A DNA stretch of 64,000 nt, from the NCBI GenBank assembly GCA_963663235.2, contig CAXXNO010000004.1:512001-576000 (forward strand), read 5' to 3'. The position numbers were made by a program, and so were the translations under genes. Source of the stretch: Dehalococcoidia bacterium (GTDB taxonomy: Bacteria > Chloroflexota > Dehalococcoidia > Bin125). Positions 50,663 through 59,370 of the stretch are shown one piece after another. The notes below the pieces were generated by a model. The model saw nothing but the letters and a program-made list of their open reading frames with translations, was not told where the DNA came from and made no database searches. Every line of letters starts with the position of its first letter. The stretch's first letter is position 1.

Positions 50663-50704
50663 CCTTCGCTAGGGCAGTGTAGTGGATCGCCGCCGCGCCG
50701 CCGT

Positions 50705-51835
50705 CTAGAGGAGCGCAAGGTTGTCGCGATGAATGACCTCGTCGCCGTAGCGGTAGCCCAGCAGATCGCCGATGCGGTCCGAGCGCTGGCCCCGGATCCG
50801 CTCCACCTCCTCCGCGCTGTAATTCGCGATCCCTACGGCCAGGCGCGCGCCCGCGGCGTCTTCCACGGCGACGATGTCCCCCCGCGCGAACGCTCCCTTG
50901 CTCTGGACCACGCCCGCCGGCAGCAGGCTGCGACCGTTCCGGCACAGCGCCTGCACCGCCCCGCTATCGATCACCAGCGCGCCGGCGGAGGCGTTCAGGC
51001 CGGAGAGGAGCCAGCGCTTGCGGCTCTCGGTGCGGTTGGCCTGGGGCGGGAAGCGGGTGCCCAGCGGTTCGCCGCGGGCCACGCGCAGCAGCGCGTCCGG
51101 CTCGCGGCCGTGCGCGATGACGACCGTGGTGCCGGTCCCGGTCGCCAGGCGCGCCGCGTCCACCTTGGCGCGCATGCCCCCGCGGCCGCGCCCGGCGGGC
51201 GGTCCGGCGTAATGGGCCGCCGCCGCCGCGTCCGGCGCCTCCGGGATCAGTTCGGCTTGGGCGTCCAACCGCGGGTCGGATCGATACAAGCCCGCCACGT
51301 CGCTGAGCAGCACCAGCAGGTCCGCGTCGATGAGGTTCGCCACTAGCGCCGCCAGGCTGTCGTTCTCACCGAACGCGCCCCCGCGCAGCTCTTCGTCGGC
51401 CACCACGTCGTTCTCGTTGATGATCGGGACCACGCCCAGCCGCAGCAGCGCGTCGATGGTGTTGCGGGCGTTGAGGTAGCCCCGGCGATCGGCCAGGTCG
51501 GAGCGCGTCAGCAGCGCCTGGGCCGCCATGAGGCCGTGCGCGCGGAGCAGCGTGTCATAGCGCTCCACCAGGTGGCTCTGGCCGATGGCGGCCAGCACCT
51601 GCCGCTGGGCGATGTCGCGCTGGAGCGACGGCGTGGCCAAGCGATCCCGGCCGACGGCGATGGCGCCGCTCGTCACCACTGCCACCTGCGCGCCGGCCTT
51701 GACCAGCGCCGCGACCTGTCGCACCAGGTCGGCGAGCACGGCGTCGTCCAGGCTGGCGCCGCCGCCCGTCAGCAGGTTGGTGCCGAACTTGGCGACGATC
51801 CGCCGGCTCTCCTGCCGCGTCCCGCTGTCGCTCAC
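50705..51835 (-). CDS. proB: Glutamate 5-kinase with PUA domain
   Basis: IVAKFGT, SGAIAVG, AAIGQ, PIINEND, FGENDSL, GGMRAK, GRSLLPAGV. Confidence 0.97.
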   Translation of the reverse strand: MSDSGTRQESRRIVAKFGTNLLTGGGASLDDAVLADLVRQVAALVKAGAQVAVVTSGAIAVGRDRLATPSLQRDIAQRQVLAAIGQSHLVERYDTLLRAHGLMAAQALLTRSDLADRRGYLNARNTIDALLRLGVVPIINENDVVADEELRGGAFGENDSLAALVANLIDADLLVLLSDVAGLYRSDPRLDAQAELIPEAPDAAAAAHYAGPPAGRGRGGMRAKVDAARLATGTGTTVVIAHGREPDALLRVARGEPLGTRFPPQANRTESRKRWLLSGLNASAGALVIDSGAVQALCRNGRSLLPAGVVQSKGAFARGDIVAVEDAAGARLAVGIANYSAEEVERIRGQRSDRIGDLLGYRYGDEVIHRDNLALL

Positions 51836-51939
51836 GCCGCTGCGCTCCCGGGCCAAGCCGCTCCTTGTACTGTAGAACAAGGCGGCGCCCGCCTGAGCGG
51901 TGGCGGGGCTCTCCTCGCGACGGGAGAAGTTGGAGGCCC

Positions 51940-53085
51940 ATGCGACTGGACTGGTCCCACTCCCGGCACTGGTGGGCGGTGCACCTGAACTGGTGGTGGA
52001 GCGACGGCAAACTCCTCCTGCGGCGGTCCGTGCAGGAGTTCGGCGACGACCGCTGCACGCAGATGGCCGCCAGCATCTCCTACTACGTGCTGTTCTCCGT
52101 CTTCCCGCTCGCCATCCTGGTGGTGGCCATCGCCGGGCTGGTCCTGCAAAATGACGCGCTCCGGGCCGATGTGGTCGATGGGCTGCTGGACGTCGTTCCC
52201 CTCTCGGAGGACGAGGGGCGGGCGGACGTCGAAGAGCTCGTCACCGGGGTCGCCACCGGCCTCTCCGCCTTGGGGTTGCTCAGCGTGATCGGGCTGGCCT
52301 GGTCCGCGAGCGGCATGATGGGCGCCATCCGGCGCGCCCTCAACGAAGCCTGGGACACCGACTACCGTCGGCCGTTCCTGCGCGGCAAGTTGATTGATCT
52401 CGCCATGATGCTGGGCGTGGGAGCGCTCGTCTCCCTCTCCTTGGCCACCACCATCTTCTTGCAGGTGGCGCGGCGCGGAAGCGAGACCCTGTCGGACGCG
52501 CTGGGCCCGCTGGGCGCTGGGGCCACGCTGAGCTTCGAGGTGGCGGCGGTGCTGGTGCCCCTCAGCCTCTCCTTCGCCACGTTCCTCGTGCTCTACAAGG
52601 TGGTCCCGGCGGTCCGCACCCGCTTCCGCCACATCTGGCCGGGCGCGCTGATAGCGGCCGTTCTGTTCGAGATCGTGAAGAACGGCTTCGCCTTCTACTT
52701 GAGCAACTTCGGCAACTACGACGCCGTCTACGGTTCGCTCGGCGCGGTGGTCGCGTTCCTCTTCTTCATCTACATCAGCGCCAACATCCTGCTCTTCGGC
52801 GCGGAGGTGGCCTCGGAGTGGCCGCGCGTGATCCACGGCCACTACGACGCCGGCTTGCAGCAGCGCCCCGGCGGCCCCGCGCGGCGGCGGCTGGGGGCGG
52901 CGCTCAAACGGCTGGTGGTGCATGAGGAGGCGATGCCGCACGAGGTCGACGCCGAAGCGGGGGGTGATCGACGGGAGCGCAAGGAGGAAGAGATCGCGCG
53001 CCGCCGCGCGGCGGCAGATCCGTCCGAACAACCGCCGGATTCGCCCCAACAACCGCCGGCCGACGGGGAGGACCCCCAGCCTTAG
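51940..53085 (+). CDS. YihY/BrkB family inner-membrane protein
   Basis: AASISYYVLFSVFP, WPGALIA, YDAVYGSLGAVVAFLFFIY, LLFGAEV; GGAGG before ATG 51940. Confidence 0.93.
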   Translation: MRLDWSHSRHWWAVHLNWWWSDGKLLLRRSVQEFGDDRCTQMAASISYYVLFSVFPLAILVVAIAGLVLQNDALRADVVDGLLDVVPLSEDEGRADVEELVTGVATGLSALGLLSVIGLAWSASGMMGAIRRALNEAWDTDYRRPFLRGKLIDLAMMLGVGALVSLSLATTIFLQVARRGSETLSDALGPLGAGATLSFEVAAVLVPLSLSFATFLVLYKVVPAVRTRFRHIWPGALIAAVLFEIVKNGFAFYLSNFGNYDAVYGSLGAVVAFLFFIYISANILLFGAEVASEWPRVIHGHYDAGLQQRPGGPARRRLGAALKRLVVHEEAMPHEVDAEAGGDRRERKEEEIARRRAAADPSEQPPDSPQQPPADGEDPQP

Positions 53086-56000
53086 AGGCGCTGCACGGCG
53101 ACGATCACGCGCTCCCCCTCGATGCGTTCCTCCGACGCGCGCGCGCCATCCGGCGGCGGTCCGGCGTGTAAGTCGGTGGCCAGTGTCTCTGTCTGGACAT
53201 AGTCGCGGTGCGCCGCGACGGCATCCGCCACCGGCGGGCCGGCATCGATCCAGAGCGCGATCCGGTCGGTGATCTCCAGCCCCGCGTCGCGGCGCAGGCG
53301 CTGCACGCGATGCACCACTTCCCGCGCGGTGCCTTCCCGGGCCAACTCGGGCGTGATCGCGGTGCTGACCGCGGCCGCGTAGTGCGCGTCCTGCGCCGCC
53401 GAGACGCCTTCGCGCTCACGCAGCTCCACCAGCAGGTCGCCGGCTTGTAGGCTGAAGCCCGCGACCTCCACCGGCTCGTCCGCGGTCACGGCGCGGGCGA
53501 TCGCCGCCGCCTGATCCGGGGTCAGCCCTTGCAGTGCGGTCCGCAGGCGGCCCACATCGCTCCCCAGCCGCGGGCCCAGCACGGGCAGGTTGGGCTTGAT
53601 CACCGCCTGCACGAGTTCCGTGGGCTCGTCGACCAGCGTGATCCGCTTGACGTTGAGTTCGTCTAGCAGCATGGCGGTGTGCTGCTCCAGTGCGGCGGCG
53701 TCGCCCGGCGCGCGCAGGCTGACCATGAGTTCGGCCAGCGGCTGTCGCACCTTGACCCCGGCGCGGCTGCGCGCGGCGCGCCCCAGCGAGGCGAGCCGCT
53801 GCACCAGCGGCATCGCCCGATCCAGATCGTCGTCGATGAGGGCGGCCTCCGCCTCCGGCCAGCGCGCCAAGTGGACGGAGTCCGGCGCGGCCTGATCCCA
53901 GCTTGCCACCAGGTTGCCGTAGATTTCGTCGGCGACGTAGGGGGTGAACGGGGCCAGCAGGTGCGAGAGCGTGACCAGGCATTCGTACAGGGTGTGGTAG
54001 GCGGCGGCTTTGTCTTGGTCGTCCACCAGCTTCCAGAAGCGACGGCGGCTGCGGCGCACATACCAGTTGCTCAACTGCTCCACGAACTCTTCGATAGCCC
54101 GGGCCGCCACGGTGGGTTCGTACTCCTCCAGCGCGGCCGTGACGCGGCCGATCAATCCGTGCAGGGCGCTGCGGATCCAGCGATCCAGATCGGGGCGCTG
54201 CTCGGGGGCGGGGCCGCCGGGGTCGAACCCGTCGATGTTGGCGTAGGTGACGAAGAACGAGTAGGTGTTCCACAGCCTGAGCAGGAACCGCCGCTGCACG
54301 TCGCCGACCAGGTGTGAGCTGAACCGTCGGGAGTTCCCCGGCGGCGAGGCGGTGTACAGGTACCAGCGCAGGGCGTCGGCGCCGTGGTCGTCCAGCACCT
54401 GCCAGGGGTCCACCACGTTGCCCTTGGACTTGCTCATCTTCTCGCCGGCCTCGTCCAGGATGTGGCCCAGCGACATCACGTGGCGGTAGGCGGTGGGCTC
54501 GGGCGCCGCGCCGGCGGCGTGGAGCAGCGTGGCCTCCGCGTGCAGCGAATAGAACCAGCCGCGGGTCTGGTCCACGCCCTCACAGATGAAGTCGGCCGGG
54601 AAGTGCGCGCCGAAGGCCTCCGCGTTCTCAAACGGGTAATGCCATTGGGCGTAGGGCATGGCGCCGCTGTCGAACCAGGCGTCGGCCACTTCCGGGATCC
54701 GGCGCATCTCGCCCCGGCACGTGGGGCAGTCGAGCACGACCTCGTCGATGAAGGGGCGGTGCGGATCCGACAGGTCCAGCGCTTCCCCCTGCCGCGCGCG
54801 GTCGCGCAGCTCGTCGAACGAGCCCACCGCTTCGGTGCCGCCACACACCTGGCAACGCCAGATCGGCAGCGGCGTGCCCCAGTAGCGCTCGCGACTGATC
54901 GCCCAGTCCACGTTGTTGGCCAGCCAGTCGCCGTAGCGGCCGTCGCGCAGGTGTTCCGGGTGCCAGTGGATCAACTCGCGGTTCGATCGACGGAGCGAGT
55001 CCAGCACCTTGGTCGTGGCGATGTACCAGGACGGCTTGGCGTAGTAGAGCAGCGGCGTCTCGCAGCGCCAGCAGAACGGATACGTGTGATGAATCGTGGT
55101 GTGGTGCGCCAGCAGGCCCCGCCGCTTCAGGTCCTCAAGAATCCGGGCGTCCGCGTCCTTGACAAAGAGCCCGAGGAACGGGGAGCGGGGCCCGGTCATG
55201 CGGCCCTGCAAGTCCACCGGCTGGAGGAAGGCCAGCCCCTCCCGGCGCCCCAGGACGTAGTCGTCCGCGCCGAAGGCCGGCGCGACGTGCACGATCCCCG
55301 TCCCCTCCTCCATCGAGACGAAGTCGGCCTCCACCACGCGACGCCAGGGTGCGGCCTCGCCCGGACCGGACCACCCCACCAGGCGCCCCTCCTCGAACCG
55401 GGAGAGCGGCAGGCCCCAGTCGCCGGGCTCGTACAGCCCTTCATAGGTGACGCCCACCAGGTCGCGACCGGGCAGCGTCTGCTCCACCGCCGTCTCACCC
55501 TCCAGGGTGGCGGCCACCAGCGCCTCCGCCAGGATCAGCCGCTCGCCTTGCGACCCCGCCACCACCGCGTACTGGGCGTCCGGGTCTACCGCGAGGGCGC
55601 TGTTGCCGGGCAGCGTCCAGGGGGTGGTGGTCCAGGCGAGGAGGGAGGTGGGGCCGGCGTAGTCGCGCAGTGAGCCCGGCAGCGAGGCGCGGGCGGTGAG
55701 GAACTTGACGGTGATGCTGGGGTCCGGCGTGTTCTCCCGATAGCCCAGCGCCAGCTCATGACTGGAGAGCGACGTCTCGCAGCGGGGGCAGTGGGGGGTG
55801 GTGCGGCGATCTTCATAGATCAGTCCCGCGTCCCAGAGTTGCTTGATGATCCACCAGCAACTCTCGATGTACTGCGGGGTGTAGGTGATATATGCGTCGT
55901 GCAGGTCCAGCCAGAACGCGACCCGCTCGGTCAGGTCTTCCCACTGCCGCACGTAGCGAAAGACCGACTCCCGGCACTTCGCGTTGAACTCCGCGATGCC

Positions 56001-56345
56001 GTAGGTCTCGATCTCGGCTTTGGATTGAAGCCCCAGCTCCCGCTCGACCTCCAGCTCCACCGGCAGGCCGTGCGTGTCCCAGCCGCCCTTTCGCGGCACC
56101 CGGTAGCCGCGCATGGTCTTGTAGCGGGGGAAGAGGTCCTTGAAGACGCGCGAGAGCACGTGGTGCACCCCGGGCGCGCCGTTGGCCGTCGGCGGACCCT
56201 CGTAAAACGAGTACAGCGGCCGCTCCGGCTCCGCTTCCACGCTCCGGCGGAAAACCTCCCGCTCTTTCCATTGCGCGCGCAGCCGCTCCTCCAGTTCGCG
56301 GAACGGCATCTGGCTGCCCACGGGCGCAAAACGTGCTTCTGCCAT
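53082..56345 (-). CDS. ileS: Isoleucine--tRNA ligase, type 2, with GVHH signature
   Basis: FYEGPPTANG.PGVHH, GWDTHGLPVE, WTTTPWTLP, DQTRGWFY, KMSKS, LSNWYVRRSRRRFW; lacks the C-terminal Zn finger of type 1. Confidence 0.97.
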   Translation of the reverse strand: MAEARFAPVGSQMPFRELEERLRAQWKEREVFRRSVEAEPERPLYSFYEGPPTANGAPGVHHVLSRVFKDLFPRYKTMRGYRVPRKGGWDTHGLPVELEVERELGLQSKAEIETYGIAEFNAKCRESVFRYVRQWEDLTERVAFWLDLHDAYITYTPQYIESCWWIIKQLWDAGLIYEDRRTTPHCPRCETSLSSHELALGYRENTPDPSITVKFLTARASLPGSLRDYAGPTSLLAWTTTPWTLPGNSALAVDPDAQYAVVAGSQGERLILAEALVAATLEGETAVEQTLPGRDLVGVTYEGLYEPGDWGLPLSRFEEGRLVGWSGPGEAAPWRRVVEADFVSMEEGTGIVHVAPAFGADDYVLGRREGLAFLQPVDLQGRMTGPRSPFLGLFVKDADARILEDLKRRGLLAHHTTIHHTYPFCWRCETPLLYYAKPSWYIATTKVLDSLRRSNRELIHWHPEHLRDGRYGDWLANNVDWAISRERYWGTPLPIWRCQVCGGTEAVGSFDELRDRARQGEALDLSDPHRPFIDEVVLDCPTCRGEMRRIPEVADAWFDSGAMPYAQWHYPFENAEAFGAHFPADFICEGVDQTRGWFYSLHAEATLLHAAGAAPEPTAYRHVMSLGHILDEAGEKMSKSKGNVVDPWQVLDDHGADALRWYLYTASPPGNSRRFSSHLVGDVQRRFLLRLWNTYSFFVTYANIDGFDPGGPAPEQRPDLDRWIRSALHGLIGRVTAALEEYEPTVAARAIEEFVEQLSNWYVRRSRRRFWKLVDDQDKAAAYHTLYECLVTLSHLLAPFTPYVADEIYGNLVASWDQAAPDSVHLARWPEAEAALIDDDLDRAMPLVQRLASLGRAARSRAGVKVRQPLAELMVSLRAPGDAAALEQHTAMLLDELNVKRITLVDEPTELVQAVIKPNLPVLGPRLGSDVGRLRTALQGLTPDQAAAIARAVTADEPVEVAGFSLQAGDLLVELREREGVSAAQDAHYAAAVSTAITPELAREGTAREVVHRVQRLRRDAGLEITDRIALWIDAGPPVADAVAAHRDYVQTETLATDLHAGPPPDGARASEERIEGERVIVAVQRL

Positions 56346-56437
56346 GCTTCACTCGTGTGGGAGGGGATGCGCGACGGCCGGCGCCAATCGCGGTGTGCGG
56401 CCGCCGGCTCGATCGGCGGAGCCGTTGCTCCAGCCGG

Positions 56438-56725
56438 TCAACTGGGCGCCCGCTCGTCGATCAAGGCTGCCGCGATGCTGGCCACCCGCGTGCGCGTGGC
56501 GAGGCTGACCAGGCCGGCGAACTCCGCCAGCCGATCGTCGATAAAGAGCCGGGCGCCGGCGCCGTCCGTGACGTCGTCATTGGCGAACGCTTCATCCACC
56601 AGGCCCGCTGCCAGGCGCTGCGGTTGGGCCGCGGCGCGGCTCTCCAGGTCGTCGTCGGCGGGCGGCTCGCCCGCCGCGAGTTCCAGCAGCCGCAAGAGGT
56701 GACGCTGAGCCGGGCCGGTTGACAT
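56438..56725 (-). CDS. Hypothetical protein
   Basis: 95-aa ORF with GGAGGAG upstream. Confidence 0.65.
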   Translation of the reverse strand: MSTGPAQRHLLRLLELAAGEPPADDDLESRAAAQPQRLAAGLVDEAFANDDVTDGAGARLFIDDRLAEFAGLVSLATRTRVASIAAALIDERAPS

Positions 56726-56773
56726 GCCTGCGGCTCCTCCGCACGGCGGCGCGCTCCCGTGGACGGCGCCGCT

Positions 56774-57157
56774 CTAGACGGGCGCCTGGCTGCCGCTCGG
56801 CGTGCCCGGCTTGGCCGACTCCTGCTCGCGCACCTTGTTGAAGCAGGCGGAGCAGTAGACCGGACGGTCGCCGCGGGGGATGAACGGGACTTCGGTCATC
56901 TCGGCGCACATCGCGCAGGTGGCGGGGTGCATCTGGCGGGGGGTGCGACCCCCAAACGAGGCCGCGCCGCCATAGCGCACGTAACCGGCCTCGTTCTCCA
57001 GGGCGCTGCGGGCGCTCTTCCGCGCCGAACGACACTCCGGGCAGCGCACGGGATCATTCGTCAGCCCTTTGCTGGCGTAAAACTCCTGCTCGCCGCCGGT
57101 GAAGATGAACTCGCGATTGCAGTCGCGGCAGAGAATGGTGCGGTCCTGGTAGCTCAC
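56774..57157 (-). CDS. Zinc-ribbon / CxxC-x17-CxxC domain protein
   Basis: DRTILCRDC..EF.FT.GEQEFY..KG..N.P.RCPECR, then CAMC...VPFIPRGDRPVYCSACF; GAGGAGG site. Confidence 0.92.
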   Translation of the reverse strand: MSYQDRTILCRDCNREFIFTGGEQEFYASKGLTNDPVRCPECRSARKSARSALENEAGYVRYGGAASFGGRTPRQMHPATCAMCAEMTEVPFIPRGDRPVYCSACFNKVREQESAKPGTPSGSQAPV

Positions 57158-57184
57158 GGCCCCTCCTCGTGGTGGCGCTTAATC

Positions 57185-57208
57185 AAAAACCCCGCCTGAT
57201 GCGGCGGG
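57185..57208 (-). terminator. Intrinsic terminator inside the leader of the zinc-ribbon gene
   Basis: Minus strand CCCGCC-gcatca-GGCGGG-g-TTTTT between the promoter and the RBS. Confidence 0.65.
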
Positions 57209-57237
57209 ACGACCGATCCGTCACCTAGGCTGCGCTC

Positions 57238-57246
57238 AGTATATCA
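57238..57246 (-). promoter_or_regulatory. Extended -10 promoter of the zinc-ribbon gene
   Basis: Minus strand TGaTATACT immediately after the murJ stop. Confidence 0.7.
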
Positions 57247-57249
57247 GAT

Positions 57250-58860
57250 TCAGGAGCGCGGGCGGATCGTCGACGATGCCTGGCGGCGGCGCAGCAGCGC
57301 CTGGACCCGGGCGGCGATGGCCTCGGCCTCCTCGGCCCGCAGCACCAGCGCGATCGTGCCATACACCACCACGCCCATGGCGCCGCCCACGACCAGCGCG
57401 AAGAACGAGCGCGGCCCGAAATCGCCGCCCTCGTCCAGGACGGATAGCAGCAGGACCAGCGCTTCCGCCATCAGGGCGCTGCCGATCGCGGTCCGCGCCA
57501 GCGATGAGGCGAATGGGCGCGTCCAGAGGCCAAAATTCAGCCGTCTGTGCAGCGCCACGAACAGCGCCAGCGCCTCGGCGATCGTCGCCAGCGAGAGCGC
57601 CAGCGCCAGCCCGCGGATATCCAGCGGTCCCACCAGCACCGCGGCCAGCACGATGTTGACCGCGATCGCCGCCACCGCGAAGGTCACCGGCGTGCGCGTG
57701 TCCCCCAGGGCGTAGAAGCCACGCGACAGGATCTCGATCGCCCCGTGCGCGAAAAGGCCGATGGCGTAGTACAGCAGCGCCGCCGCGACGAGGTCGGTTG
57801 AGGCGGCGCTGAAGGCGCCGTGCTCCAGGAGCGTCCGCACTAGCGGCTCACGCAAGAGGATCAACCCGATGCTGGTCGGGATAGTCAAGAACAGGACAAA
57901 GCGCAGCGCGCGCGACACCATCGCCGTCACCTCCTCCCGCGCGCAGCGCGCCGCTTGCTCCGCCAGCGCGGGGAAGATGGCCATCGCCAGCGACATGCCG
58001 AAGAGCCCCACCGGGAAGAGCAGGATCAGCCAGGCGAAGTTCAGGGCGGAGATCGCCGATGGCCCCTCGAACGAGGCGAAGAACATCAGCACTACCAGGT
58101 TGAGTTGGACCGCCGCCAGGCCGATCATGCGGGGCGCCATGAGGCGCAAGACCTCCCGCGCGCCGGGCTCGCGCAGGTCCAGCGCGGGCGCCAGCCGCGC
58201 CCCCGCCGCCACCAGCGCCGGCAGTTGCACGACCAAATGCAGCCCGCTGCCCACGATCACGCCGATGGCCAGCGCGTCCACCCCGTAGCGGCCCGAGAGC
58301 AGCACCGCCGCCCCGATGATCGCCAGGTTGTAGAGCATGGGCGCAAGCGCGGGCAGGAGGAAATGGCGTCGCGCGTTGAGCATGCCCGTGATCATGCCGG
58401 AGACGGCAAAGAGCACCGGCGCGAACAGCATGACCCGCGTGAGGAAAATCGCGCGGTCCCGCAGTTCGTCCTGGATGCCGCTGTCTTCTCCCAGACCGGG
58501 CGCCATGGCCGGCACGATCCACGGGGCCAGCGCCATCACCACCAGCGCCAGGACGATCGTCCCCACCAACACCCAGTTGAGTACGATGCTCGCCAGCCGC
58601 CAGGCGGCCTCGTCGCCGTGGCGCGCCATGTAGCGCGCGTAGACAGGGATGAACGCGCTGGCCAGCGTGGCGCCGGCCAGGACCTGGAAGACGAGGTCCG
58701 GCAGACGCACCGCCACCCAAAAGGCGTCGAGCTCCGGGCCGGTCCCGTACTCGTTGGCGATGGCGACCGCGCGCAGCGCGCCCAGGAGCCGGCTCCCCAG
58801 GAAGCCCACTCCCACGAGCAGCGCCGCGCCGGCGACGGTGCGCGAACTCCCCGTGATCAC
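57250..58860 (-). CDS. murJ: MurJ/MviN-family lipid II flippase
   Basis: SRLLGALR, DAFWVAVRLPDL, SAFIPV, LPALAPMLYN, RGFYALGDTRTP. Confidence 0.92.
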   Translation of the reverse strand: MITGSSRTVAGAALLVGVGFLGSRLLGALRAVAIANEYGTGPELDAFWVAVRLPDLVFQVLAGATLASAFIPVYARYMARHGDEAAWRLASIVLNWVLVGTIVLALVVMALAPWIVPAMAPGLGEDSGIQDELRDRAIFLTRVMLFAPVLFAVSGMITGMLNARRHFLLPALAPMLYNLAIIGAAVLLSGRYGVDALAIGVIVGSGLHLVVQLPALVAAGARLAPALDLREPGAREVLRLMAPRMIGLAAVQLNLVVLMFFASFEGPSAISALNFAWLILLFPVGLFGMSLAMAIFPALAEQAARCAREEVTAMVSRALRFVLFLTIPTSIGLILLREPLVRTLLEHGAFSAASTDLVAAALLYYAIGLFAHGAIEILSRGFYALGDTRTPVTFAVAAIAVNIVLAAVLVGPLDIRGLALALSLATIAEALALFVALHRRLNFGLWTRPFASSLARTAIGSALMAEALVLLLSVLDEGGDFGPRSFFALVVGGAMGVVVYGTIALVLRAEEAEAIAARVQALLRRRQASSTIRPRS

Positions 58861-58984
58861 CGTCGGGAACCGCGCGCCGGCCGTTCTGGCATTCTGTTTT
58901 GGTCGTTTTCTCGGCTGGACACGCTCCAGCGTCCATCGATACGATAGCCGTACTTGAGGGCTCCCTCAAAGGACAGGAAGGCCC

Positions 58985-59308
58985 GTGCCCAACACCACGG
59001 CGGCCAAGAAGTACCTGCGAGCGTCGCAGCGTCGGCGGATGCAGAATAAGCCGGTCCGCACCCGCGCCCGCACCACCGTGCGCGAGGCGCTGATCGCCAT
59101 CGACGGGGGCGACTGGCCGGCGGCGGACGCCGCGCTCCTTGTGGCCGTGGCCGCGCTGGACGAGGCGGCGCAGAAAGGCGTGGTGCACGCCAGCAACGCC
59201 GCCCGGCGCAAGTCCCGCCTGCTGCGCCGCTACCACACCGCGCGCAACCCCGAAGCAACGCGGCGGCCCCGCATCCGCCCTCCAGAGCCTGTCCAGGTAT
59301 CCGGCTAG
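58985..59308 (+). CDS. rpsT: 30S ribosomal protein S20
   Basis: MPNT.AAKK.LRASQRRR..NK..RT, LDEAAQKGVVHASNAARRKSRL. Confidence 0.95.
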   Translation: MPNTTAAKKYLRASQRRRMQNKPVRTRARTTVREALIAIDGGDWPAADAALLVAVAALDEAAQKGVVHASNAARRKSRLLRRYHTARNPEATRRPRIRPPEPVQVSG

Positions 59309-59370
59309 CGACCGGAGTTGCCGCCGGCCCGCCGCCGCGCCTTGTAGGCGGTTCGGGTTAGCATAAGACG

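Noticed and set aside
56346-56437. T-box leader for ileS (also checked for valS)
   Set aside because: The intergenic space is too short and there is no GGTGGNACCGCG motif or terminator
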